Source of the DNA: Camelus ferus | Lineage: Eukaryota | NCBI RefSeq assembly: GCF_009834535.1 | Contig: NC_045696.1 | Span: 96,784,001-96,848,000 of the forward strand | Direction: 5' to 3' | Length of the DNA stretch: 64,000 nt | Shown: positions 11,430-23,345 of the stretch, piece by piece | How the letters are laid out: each line of letters opens with the position of its first letter | How positions within the stretch are numbered: the first letter of the stretch is position 1 | Translations under genes and position numbers: made by a program | The notes under the pieces: generated by a model | The model's input: only the letters and a program-made list of their open reading frames with translations | The model's database searches: none | What the model was told of the DNA's origin: nothing

Positions 11430-14400
11430 TTTTTTTCAAACAGCGTTATTCACATACCATGCAATTCACCCATTTATTAAAGTGAAAAATTAAATGGTTT
11501 TTAGTATATTCAGACTTGTGCAACCAGCACCACAATCAGAACATTTTCATCACCTCAAAAACAAACCTAGTACCCTTTGGCAATTACCACTCAATTATTC
11601 TCCCTCACTACATAAATTAAAGCAACCACTAATTTACTTTCTGTTTCTATGTATTTGTCACACACATTTCATATAGATGGAAACATTTAATATGTGGTAT
11701 TTTGTGACTGGCTTCATCCTGTTGTAGCATATATCAGCACTTCACCCCTTTTTATGGCTGAACAATACTCCATTATATGGATATATCACACTTTGTGAAT
11801 CCACTCATCAGTTGCTGGAGATGTGGGTTGTTTCTACCTTTGACTATTGAGAAGACGCTGCTATGAACATGTGTGGACAAGTTTTCGTGTGGACATAGTT
11901 CCATTTCTCTTAGATGTATACCTCAGAGTAGAATTGCTTGGTCAAATGGTAACTCTTTGTTTAACTTTTTTGAGGACTGCCAGATTGTATCCCAAAGGGG
12001 CTGCCCCACTTTACATTTCCCCAGCAGTGTATGAGGGTTCCAATTTCTCTATATCCTTGTCAATATTTGTTATTATTGTCTCTTTGTTTCTAGCCATCCT
12101 GGCGGGTGGGAAGTGGTATCTCACTGTGGTTTTGTTTTTATTTATTTATTTTATTGAACTATAGTTGATTTACAATGATGTGTTAGTTTCAGGTGTACAG
12201 CAAAGTGATTCAGTTATATATTATGTTCTTTTTCAGGTTGTTTTCATTATGGTTTTAATTTGCATTTCCCTGAAGGTGAGTGGTTTTCATGTGCTAATTA
12301 GCCAGGTGTACATCTTCTTTGGTGAAATACCTATGTAGATCCTGTGCTTATTTTTATTTTATTTTATTTTATTTTGGTAAGAACATTTAAACAATTGAGG
12401 TATAAGTGGTATATAACATTATATTAGTTTCGAGTGTGCAACATAATGATTAGATATTTGCAAGTATATTGCCAAATAATCACCACAATAATTCTAGTTA
12501 ACATCTGTCCCCATATACAGTTATATAGTTTTTTCTTGTGATGGGAACTTTTAAGATTTACTCTCTCATAAATTTTCAAATATGCAGTACAGTATTATTA
12601 AATACAGTCACTATGCTGTGCATTACATCCTTATGGCTAATTTATTTCATAACTGGAATTTTGTACCTTTTGACCCCTTTCAGCCATATTGCCCTCTGGT
12701 AACCATCAGTCAAAGAGCACTTAAAAAATTGAGTTTTTTTTTATTGATTTGTATGAGATCTTGATATAATTCTACATACAAGTTCTTTATCAGATATATG
12801 ATTTGCAAATATTTTCTCCCAGTCTCTAGGTTGTCTTTTTAACTTTATTTATTTATTTTTTTGGTGGTATAGTCAGTTTACAATGTTGTGTCAATTTCTG
12901 GTGTACAGCATAATGTTTCAGTCATACATATACATACAGATATTTCCTTTCATATTCTTTTTCATTATAGGTTACTATAAGACATTGAATATATTTCCCT
13001 GTGCTATACAGAAGAAATTTGTTAATCTATTGTATATGTAGTAGTTAGTATCTGCAAATCTCTAACTCCCAATTTATCCCTTCCCCTACTTTTAACTTTC
13101 TTGATAGTGTCTTTTAAAGCATGAAAGTTTTAAATTTAGATGAAGTCCAGTTTATCTACTTCTTTTGTTGCTTGTGCTTTTGGTGTCATATCTAAGGATT
13201 CACTGCCAAATCCAAGGTCATGAAGATTTACTCCCATGTTTTCTTCTGAGAGTTTTATAGTTTTGACTCTTAATCTAGTTCTTTATTCATTTTGAGCTTA
13301 TTTTTGTATATGATATGAGGCAAGAGTGAATTTTGTTCCTTCGTTTGTGTCTATCCAGTTATCCCAGCACCATTTGTTGAAAAGACTATTATTTTCCTAT
13401 TGAATTGTCCTGGCATTCTTTTTTTCTTTTTTTTTTAACGATTTATAATCATTTTACAATGTTGTGTCAAATTCCAGTGTTCAGCACAATTTTTCAGTCA
13501 TACATGGACATATACACTCTCATTGTCACATTTTTTTCTCTGTGAGCTACCATAACGTTTTGTGTATATTTTCCTGTGCTATACAGTATAATCTTGTTTA
13601 TCTATTCTACAATTTTGAAATCCCAGTCTATCCCTTCCCACCCTCTGCTCCCCTGGCAACCACAAGTCTGTATTCTCTGTCTATGAGTCTGTTTCTGTCC
13701 TGTATTTATGCTTTGTTTTTGTTTGTTTGTTTGTTTTTTAGATTCCACATATGAGCGATCTCATATGGTATTTTTCTTTCTCTTTCTGGCTTACTTCACT
13801 TTGAATGACATTCTCCAGGAGCATCCATGTTGCTGAAAATGGCGTTATGTTGTCGGTTTTTATGGCTGAGTAGTATTCCATTGTATAAATATACCACCTC
13901 TTCTTTATCCAGTCACCTGTTGATGGACATTTAGGCTGTTTCCATGTCTTGGCTATTGTAAATAGTGCTGCTGTGAACATTGGGGTGCAGGTGTCATCCT
14001 GAAGTAGGGTTCCTTCTGGATACAAGCCCAGGAGTGGGATTCCTGGGTCATATGGTAAGTCTATTCCTACTCTTTTGAGGAATCTCCACACTGTTTTCCA
14101 TAGTGGCTGCACCAAACTGCATTCCCACCAGCAGTGTAGGAGGGTTCCCCTTTCTCCACAGCCTCCCCAGCATTTGTCATTTGTGGATTTTTGAATGACG
14201 GCCATTCTTACTGGTGTGAGGTGATACCTCATTGTAGTTTTGATTTGCATTTCTCTGATAATTAATGATATTGAGCATTTTTTCATGTGCCTATTGATCA
14301 TTTGTATGTCTTCCTTGGAGAACTGCTTGTTTAGGTCTTCTGCCCATTTTTGGATTGGGTTGTTTTTTTCTTATTGTGTCGTATGAGCTGCTTATATATT

Positions 14401-15530
14401 CTGGAGATCAAGCCTTTGTCGGTTTCATTTGCAAAAATTTTCTCCCATTCCATATGTTGTCTTCTTGTTTTACTTATGGTTTCCTTTGCTGTGCAGAAGC
14501 TTGTAAGTTTCATTAGGTCCCATTTGTTTATTCTTGCTTTTATTTCTACTAGGAGAAAATTTTTGAAATGATGTCAGATAACGTTTTGCCTATGTTTTCC
14601 TCTAGGAGGTTTATTGTATCTTGTCTTATGTTTAAGTCTTTGATCCATTTTGAGTTGATTTTTGTATATGGTGTAAGGGGGTGTTCTAGCTTCATTGTTT
14701 TACATGCTGCTGTCCAGTTTTCCCAACACCATTTGCTGAACTGGCATTCTTTTTGAAAACTCAATTGACCACACACACACACACACACACACATACAGAT
14801 ACACATGGGTATATTTCTGAACTTTGAATGCTATTGCATTGATCTATATGACTAGCTTTATGCCAGTATCAGAATGTCTTGATTACTTTTGCTAGGTAAT
14901 AAATTTTGAAATCAGGAGGTGTGAGTCATTCAATTATGTTTTTCCAAGATTATTTTGGCTATTCTGTGTCCCTTGAGTTTTTATATGAATTTTAGTATTT
15001 GAATATTAATTTCTACAAAGAAGTCAGCTGGCATTCTGGTAGGGATGATGTTGAATCTGTAGATTAGGAAGTATTGCCATTTTAATGATACACCTTAAAC
15101 TTATACAATGTTATATGTCAATTATATCTTAACGAAGCTGTGAAAAAATGTATTCATCAGTGAAGCATCTGGGTCTGGATTTTTCTTTGTTGATAGTTTT
15201 TTTTTAAAAATTACAAATGCAGTCTCTGCTTGTTTAGGTCCAATTTTCCATTTCTTCTTGATTCAGTTTATGTCTTTTTAGGAATCTGTCCATTTTATAT
15301 AAGTTATCTAATTTACTGGCATACAGTTGTTCATAATACTCCTTCACAATTCTTTTTATTTGTGTAAGATGAGTAGTAATGTCCCCCTTACATTTGAGCC
15401 TTCTTTTTCTCTTTCTCTTGATCCATCCAGCTAATGGTTTGTCAACTTTGTTGTTCTTTTCAGAGAACCCATTTTTCAGTTTATTTACTTCCTCTGTTGT
15501 TTTTCTATTTCTCTAATTTCTGCTCTATCG
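11430..15530 (-). mobile_element. Old L1 (L1MB-like) host element split by several younger L1 insertions
   Basis: Antisense L1 3' UTR and ORF2 sequence resumes after each nested insertion (about 12134-12249, 12350-12710, 12847-13089, 13424-14740). Confidence 0.8.
13424..14740 (-). mobile_element. Young 5'-truncated L1 with the ORF2p C-terminal Cys-rich region
   Basis: 14-bp TSD CTGGCATTCTTTTT (13410-13423 and 14741-14754); ORF 13738-14301 contains [22 protein letters not shown]. Confidence 0.92.
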
Positions 15531-16919
15531 CCACTGGTGTTCTTGACTTGCTTGTCTGGGCATGAAACCTCTACTCTATGAATGAGCTAGGGCAAAGGCA
15601 ATCAGATTCTAGTATTCTCAGTGTGCCAAACCCAACATAGAGCCTCTTTCCCATGGGGGAGGGGTGGGAAGAAGATGGGAGCCCTGTATTCTTGGAAATA
15701 CCATCTGGAGTAGAGTTTCCATCACCCAGAGTTGGGAGTGGGGAAGAAGCAGGTTTGGAGGCAGACAAATTCTCACTGCTCTTACTGAGTTTTGGTAGCT
15801 TTTCCCAAATAAATTTGTTTTGTATTGTTTTGTTTTGTTTTTTAATTTGCTATATGACCTAAAGACCATTTCTAGAGAATTAAATTTTTAAAAGTGACTT
15901 TCACCAGTTTCACTGTGGAAGGAGATGACAAAGATCCTCACATAATCATGCCAGAAATAGACCCTTTGGGAATGTTTTTAAATTTTTACATTAGATTTTA
16001 TAACTATGTAACATATTCACATGATTCTAAAGTCAAATCTACTGAGCAATGTATCTTCAGAGAAATCCCGTTTCTTTCTTTCTTTTTTTTAAATTCATAC
16101 TTAGTAATAAAAGTAGGAAGTACAATTAAAAAGTAAACATCCATTCTTTCATTTATGTCTGAAAAAAAGCTGATTCTGAAGCACTGACTGGTTTGATCCA
16201 ATTATAAGTCTAGAAAAGATCATTTATGAAAACTATGAGAGAAATCCAGTTTCTACTGCTATCCTTTCTACTCTGTTGAATATATATATATATTTTCACC
16301 TTTCTTTTGTGTTCAGTTTGTGCAGGGTCTTTTTCTATCTATTTATGTTCAATCTTTCTGTGTTAAGTATCTATTTTACATAGAACATACCTGAATTTTG
16401 AATATGTTTTTATGTAGTTTAAAAAATGTGTTTAGTTCATTAATATATTATTATTAGTGATGTTTTTGTATTTATTTCTACTATCATATTTATTGTTTTC
16501 TGTTAATCATGTATTTTAAATTAAAAAAAATTACTTCATTTTGGTTATTTTTAACTTCTATTCCTGCCTTCTATTGGATTGACTGGGATTTGGGATTTCT
16601 GCACTTTTTTTGTGAGTAAAATCTGTCTCAGCAGCATGACACTTTATTATAATTTTTACTTGTGGCTCTTTTTTTTTAAATTGGAAATTAGAGGCTGTCT
16701 TTTCATTAAGTTGCAGTCTCTTCTTCTCCTCCCAGCTTAGGGATAACTTGAGAAGGGTTTACTTTGTAGAAGTTAACATGGAATTATTTTTATTTCTAAA
16801 TCATAATTTAAGTGTACATAAGCACACAAAACTGTAGCTTACAATGTATTAAGCTTTTGAAAAAAGTTTATCTTAATCTTTTGTACTGTAAAAATATTCT
16901 CTAAATACCATTAAAAGAG

Positions 16920-17195
16920 AAACTTTTGAATATTCCTGTTATTAGGAAATGCACATGTAAATACTTATGGGTAAAGACTCATGTATGTAACTTATGGGCT
17001 AATGGTTCCAGAAAATAATAATAGACAGATGGAAAGAAGGAATTATTAGAAAGAAAGAGGCAGAATGATAAAGTGAATGATATAAAACGTTCATAATAGG
17101 TAAATCAGGGTAAAGGGTATATGATGGTTTTGGTACTATTCTTATATTTGCAACTTTTTATAACTTTGAAATTATTTCCAAAGAAAAAAATTTAA
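16920..17195 (+). mobile_element. Ancient L1 3' end (L1MC/L1ME-like) inside the pseudogene 3' UTR
   Basis: ggtaaatcagggtaaagggtatatg...gtactattctt...gcaactttt...tttgaaattatttccaaa. Confidence 0.7.
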
Positions 17196-17855
17196 ATTCC
17201 ATATTTTGCAAAATATTTAAAAGAAAGTTTCTTTTTTGGTGAAAATTTCCATGCCCAATTAAGTAAAAAAAGTTAACCAATAAATTAATATTTTTAATGA
17301 TGATTGGGTGCCACCCAGTGTTCAATTTCTGCAACTGCTAATCTTACAAATTCAAATCCAACCTCTCAAAACTGTATTTGGAAATGGGTTTTTGTCGATT
17401 TCTTTATGGTGGCAACATAAGATAATGTATGTGATCAAATAATGCATGTGATCAAAATTAGCTTTAAAAAGCAACTAAAATAGAGAAAATAGCCATGCAT
17501 TGTGATATCAAACACAGATTTCTGCCGCCCTTAAATTTTATCAATATCTCAAGAGGACATCAAAATAGCTGGAGCATACAAGAAAACCCTGATCAGTGCA
17601 CAGGCTAGTCAAAGCTAGGTATTTACACATAATCCATGATAATTAGAGGGCATAAAATTTATTATTCAAAACATCCATATACTTGAGTGAAGTGATCCTA
17701 AAAGGAAAAGTAGTCATTTTTATCTCTTTTTTTCTAAACAGCTGATGTTGTAGATTTGTTTTGTCTTTGTTATTTATTTATTTTTAACCAAACTAAATTC
17801 CATTACAACAAAAGAACAAAGTGGATTTAACATTTGACTTAAGATAATTCAGTAT

Positions 17856-19106
17856 CAGATTAAACACCTAAATGCAAGACCAGATACTCTAAAACTCCTA
17901 GAGGAAACCATAGACAGAACACTCTGACATAAATCACAGCAGTTTTTTTCAATATGACTCCTAGAGTAATAGAAATAGAAGCAAAAATAAGCAAATGGGA
18001 CCTAATTAGACTTAAAAGCTTTTGTACAGCAAAAGAAACCATAAACAAAATGAAAAGACAACATACGGAGTGGGAGAAAATATTTGCATATGAGACCAAC
18101 AAGGGATTAATTTCCAAAATATACAAAGAGCTCATACAACTTAATATCAAAAAACCCCCAAACAACCCAATCAAAAAATGGGCAGAAGACCTAAGTGGAC
18201 ATTTTTCCAAAAAAGACATACAGATGGCCAACAGGCACATGAAAAGATGCTCAATATTGCTAATTAGAGAAATGCAAATCAAAACTACAATGAGATATCA
18301 CCTCACACCAGTCAGAATGGCCATCATTAAAGTCTGCAAATAATTAGTGCTGGAGAGAGTGTGGAGAAAAAGGGAGGACTCCTATTCTGTTGGCGGGAAT
18401 GTAAATGGGTGCAGTCACTATGGAGAAGAGAATGGAGGTTCCTTAAAGAACTAAAAACAGATTTACCATATGATCCAGCAATCCAACTCCTGGATATATA
18501 TCAGGAGAAAACTCTAACTTGATATATGCACCCCAATGTTCATAGCAGTACTATTTACAGTAGCCGAGAAATGGGAGCAACCTAAATGTCCATTAACAAA
18601 TGACTGAATAAAGAAGATGTGGTATATATACACAATGGAATATTACTCAGCCATAAAAACGAATGAAATAATGCAATATGCAGCAACGTGCATGGATATA
18701 GAGATTATCATATTAAGTGAAGTAAGACAAAGACAAATATATGATATCATTTATACATGGAATCTAGAAAAAATGATACAAATGAACTTATTTACAAACT
18801 GGAAATAAACGCACAGACATAGAAAAAAAACCATGGTTACCAAAGCAGAAAGAGGTCAGGGAGAGGGATAAATTAGGAGTTTGGGATTAAGATATACACA
18901 CTACTATATATAAAATAGATAAACAACAAAGACCTCCTGTATAACACAGTGAACTATATTCAATATCTTGTAATAACCTATAATGGAAAAGAATCTGAAA
19001 ATATATGTATATGTGTGTATGTAGATGTATAACTGAATCACTTTGCTGTACACCTGAAACTAACACAACATTGTAAATCAATTATACTTCAATAAAAATT
19101 TTTAAA
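17856..19106 (+). mobile_element. 5'-truncated L1 (end of ORF2 plus 3' UTR)
   Basis: 15-bp TSD AAGATAATTCAGTAT (17841-17855 and 19107-19121), TT/AAGA endonuclease site, ORF2p fragments, AATAAA at 19091. Confidence 0.93.
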
Positions 19107-20469
19107 AAGATAATTCAGTATTATATATTTTAAAAAAAACATAATCAAAATTCAACTTGCTTTAACAAACCTCACTCATGCCAATGATGTTTTAGTCTTC
19201 TTCACAGATTGTGGCTGTGATCCAAATTGTGCAAAAATGCTCAGAAAAATCAGAACGTACAATGTTGAATTGAATTTAGGTATTCTCAGTGTCTTCGTCC
19301 TCATCTCCATCATCAAACTGGATTTTGGCATCATCTTTGGGAACAAATGCAACCTGCATTTGACTGTAGCTTGCCTTGGAGGCTCAACATATGCCTTCAG
19401 ATGTCCAATTTTATGTATGAAGTGTAGTGAAAAATAATGTAACTTTGCTGTTCAGCAATCTTGCAACTCCACCAACATAACTTCTGAAGTTCTTATTGAA
19501 ACCTTTTCTCAGTTTCTTCTGCTCATCAAAACACATAGCTTCTGTCCATTTCCCAATATTTACTTACTTGGGCTCCTGGTACATTCTTGAAGGCTAGATT
19601 TTTTATTTCAGATTCATTCTTATTCTTACCTCTGAACCTATTTTTGCTTTTATTCTTGGGCATGGTTGTGATGGAGATCTGGGTTCCTCTCCTTCCCTGG
19701 TGCGTGGGACACAACAGTCCTGGGAGGCTGGGTGCTGAGTGTGGAAAGCATCCAGTTGAGGCTTCCTTACTTCCCTCCCTGCCTTATTTTTCTCATAGTT
19801 ACACATTCTATTCCTATTCTCTCAATGAACACTTTAAAAACTTAACCAGGTATATTTGATGAAGTCTAAAATTAATTTATTTCTACCTTCTTGAAAAAAG
19901 ATTTTAAAATGCTTTGGTTTCTTTTCTTTTCTTTTCTTTTTTTTGAACTACAGTCAGTTAGAATGTGTCAATTTCTGGTGTACAGCACAATGTCCCCGTC
20001 ATGCATATACATATATATATTCATTTTCATAAAATGCATTGATTACAATCATCTCCATCTTCCATATTGTACGTTCTTTTCTAGTAATTATTTTTGCCCA
20101 AATTAGCTATTATTGCTGTTGTTTTTTGATGAGCAAGGGCTGTTTCTATATTGCTCCATGTTTACCAGTTTCTTTGCTCGCCATATCTCCTTGCATATCA
20201 TTCCTTCTGGGTTCCGTTTCCTTCTTCCTGAAGTACATCCCATAGTACTGCTTTCAGCAACTAACAGGGAGGGACAAATTCTCTATCTTTTTGTGTCATG
20301 TATCTATGAGACGGGGTGCCTCTCTACCCCCAGACTGGGGGTGGAGGCGCAGTGCACCCTTATCATGTGTCTATTAAACAGGTACACATCCACACCCAGG
20401 TCTGGGAATGGACGTGCACTCGTATCACTTGTCTATTATATGGGGGTACATAATTACACAGGTTTTTGT

Positions 20470-20700
20470 ATGAATATGTATATATACATAATATGTATAT
20501 TATATATACATATATAATATGTATATTAAATATGTATATATTCATACACATGTCAGTGTATGAAGATATATATAATATATATTATATATACATATATAAT
20601 ATATATATGGTATATACATGTCTGTGTATGGATATGTATATATATAATATTTATATATTATATAATATGTGTGTGTGTGTGTACACACACATACATAAAG
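20470..20700. repeat. Complex (TA)n/(TG)n/(CA)n low-complexity tract
   Basis: Read directly: about 230 bp of alternating purine-pyrimidine sequence. Confidence 0.9.
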
Positions 20701-21065
20701 AAGCCCCCTCCAGTCAGCCCCAACGCAAGAGATCTTCATCACTGGGTTGGAGCCACGGGTAAAAGTGGATGTGGCAGGTAGGACAATCACTCTGTTTGGA
20801 TACCAGGACAACCTACTCTGTCCTAACTTCCTTCTCCAGACTCTTCTCCTCTAGATTCTGTCCCGTCATGGGAGTCACAGGTAAACCGACCTTAAGATTC
20901 TTTACTCACCCCTTTGTTGTTTATGGGATGAACGCCATGCGCACGTTCTTTCTCATGCGTGCCAGCACGTCCTAGCACCCTTTTAGGCCAAGATCTTCTT
21001 TACGAGTTGGGAACCCGAGTTATCCTGGGAAAAAGTCCCCAAACTTTCACCTCTTTACAACTCTT

Positions 21066-21466
21066 TTATTTTTTTTTTTAACATTTTTTATTGAGTTATA
21101 GTCATTTTACACTGTGTGTCAAATTCCAGCGTAGAGCACAATTTTTCAGTTATACATGAACATACATGTATTCATTGTCACATTTTTTTTCACTGTGAGC
21201 TACCACAAGGTCTTGTATATATTTCCCTGTGCTATACAGTATAATCTTGTTTATCTATTCTGCATATGCCTGTCAGTATCTACAAATTTTGAACTCCCAG
21301 TCTGTCTCTTCCCACCCCTCTCTCCCTTGGCAACCACAAGTTTGTATTCTATGTCTATGAGTCTGTTTCTGTTTTGTATTTATGTTCTTTTTCTTTTTTT
21401 AGATTCCACATATGAGCGATCTCATATGGTATTTTTCTTTCTCTTTCTGGCTGACTTCACTTAGAA
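21066..21466 (-). mobile_element. Young short L1 3' end inserted in the ERV pro-pol region
   Basis: 17-bp TSD ACCTCTTTACAACTCTT (21049-21065 and 21467-21483); closely similar to 13430-13800. Confidence 0.92.
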
Positions 21467-23315
21467 ACCTCTTTACAACTCTTACTGCTCTCTGGGGAAG
21501 GAGAAAAACCTCTGGACCCAGAGGCCTGGGAGAATAAAATTAATCCTGCTGTCTGGGATCAAAGCGTCCCAGGCGAGCAAAGACGGCTGCTCCGGGTGTC
21601 ACTTCCCTCAGAGATCCTACCTGGTTCCCTAATCGAAACAATATGTGACTTACTTATCTGCCCCCTTACTCAAGAATAGACCATCCAACATGCAATCCAA
21701 ACCCTTCACTTCTTGGCCAAGTGGGGATATAAAGTTTCCAAGTCCAAGGTCAAAATGGTCAAACAAGAGGTCACTTATCTAGGAGTTGGTCTGCCTCCTG
21801 GAAACCGTAAACCTTTCCCCTGGACAAACTCAGGGAATCTTACAACTCCCTAATCCCACTATTTGAAAACAGCTCAGAGCATTTCTCGGACTAACAGATT
21901 CCTGTAGGCTTAGGACCCCTAACTATGGGTCCATAGCCCAACCTCTACATGACAGCTTAAAGGGTAAGGATGACTTAGTACCTCTCCAGTGGGGTCCTTC
22001 CCAACAGGAAGCAATGGAAGAATTAAAAAACCTCCTAGTAAGATCCCCGGCCTTGGGGCTTCCAGATCCCACAGGCCCTTCCAGTTCTGTGTTCATGAGA
22101 GAGGAGGAATAGCCTTGGGGGTCCTCACGCAACGGCTGGGTCCTACCCAGCAGCCTAAGGGATACCTCTCCACGCGGCTAGATCCCACTGCTTGAGGCTG
22201 GCCTTCCTGCCTAAGAGTGTTGGGAGCCCTCTCCGCTCTCCTGAGGAAGCTTTTAAGCTAACTCTGGGGTCCCCTATACAAGCATAAGCTAACCAAGTCT
22301 CTGACCTTTTAAAAGGCAAGGGACATTCCTGGCTCTCAGATGCTTGGCTTCTTAAATATCAGGCATTATTACTGGAAAACCCAGATGTCACTGTCTCCGT
22401 TTGTGGGACACTCAACCCTGCTACACTATTACCTCCACCAGACCAGTCTCTTCCCTTTCATATATGTCATGAAACCCTATCCATTTCTCTAGGAGCTAGA
22501 ACAGATCTCACTGACCAACCCCTGGAAAACCCTGATGAGATCTGGTTCACCGATGGGAGCCACATATTCCTGGGAACCTCTTAGTGATCTGTGACTGCTT
22601 TCCAAGCAACACTGGTGACATCGCCCTAGGGGACTATGGATCCCTGACAGATAAACCTCTTTCTTCAATGTCTCCTGGTTCAAATCTTTTCTCTTTTAGG
22701 GCCCCCACCAAACTGTTTTAATACTAATTTGAAATGTCTCTGACATTAGGGTCCCTCTTTTTACTCCTCCTTTAGTTCACTGGACTAACACTCCAACATC
22801 TGCTTTCTAAAACCTAAACCAACTTTAGAAAGCACAGAAACCACTTTTTTTTTTTTTTTAAGACCCTTGTTTGCCCCTTTCGTCCTTTGGCTACGATTAG
22901 CTCTATATATTTGCCCCCTATCTTTTCAACCTTCTTATGACACGTGTTTCTTCTCATCTAGAGATAAACTTCAAATGATTATATAACAAGGTAATCAATC
23001 AATTAGCCAAGACCACTTATATACAAGCCCCTCAATGAACACCAACCCTTCACTCACATCTTGCCCAAGGACAGCCAGCTAGTCTGGGACCCCAATGAGC
23101 TCCATCGTTGCCCCAGATCAGCAGGAAGTAGCTAGAATGTTCTAGTTCTCACTCTCTACATCCCCAAGATTTGGGGTCTTATGACTAGAGAGGGGAATCT
23201 TAGGTAGCTTAAATAGAAATGAGCACTAGGCAAAGGGAGAGGGAGGGGAAAGGAAAAACCTAGAGTAGTAGGAACCTGAGCTCTGAATCAACCAGGTCAC
23301 AGGGAACCTGCGTTG

Positions 23316-23345
23316 TCAATCAATCAATCAATCAATCAATCAATT
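23316..23345 (+). repeat. (TCAA)n microsatellite within the ERV LTR
   Basis: tcaatcaatcaatcaatcaatcaatcaat. Confidence 0.9.

Larger units (their letters stand above)
16770..19790 (-). pseudogene. EIF1AX: Processed pseudogene of eIF1A (EIF1AX-like); degenerate CDS 19663->19276, long 3' UTR interrupted by two L1s
   Basis: Reverse strand reads MPKNKSKNRFRGKNKNESE, LGNG, AMCFD, KLRK, LKAYVEP, IQFDDGDEDED..stop, collinear with eIF1A; no introns; frameshifts and deletions (388 nt vs 435 nt intact CDS); minus-strand AATAAA at 16789-16794. Outer limits are approximate. Confidence 0.88.

Noticed and set aside
13738..14301. 187-aa ORF as a host gene
   Set aside because: It is the L1 ORF2p C-terminus inside a TSD-flanked truncated L1.
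20363..20811. Ile/Tyr-rich ORFs
   Set aside because: Translations of the (TA)n microsatellite.
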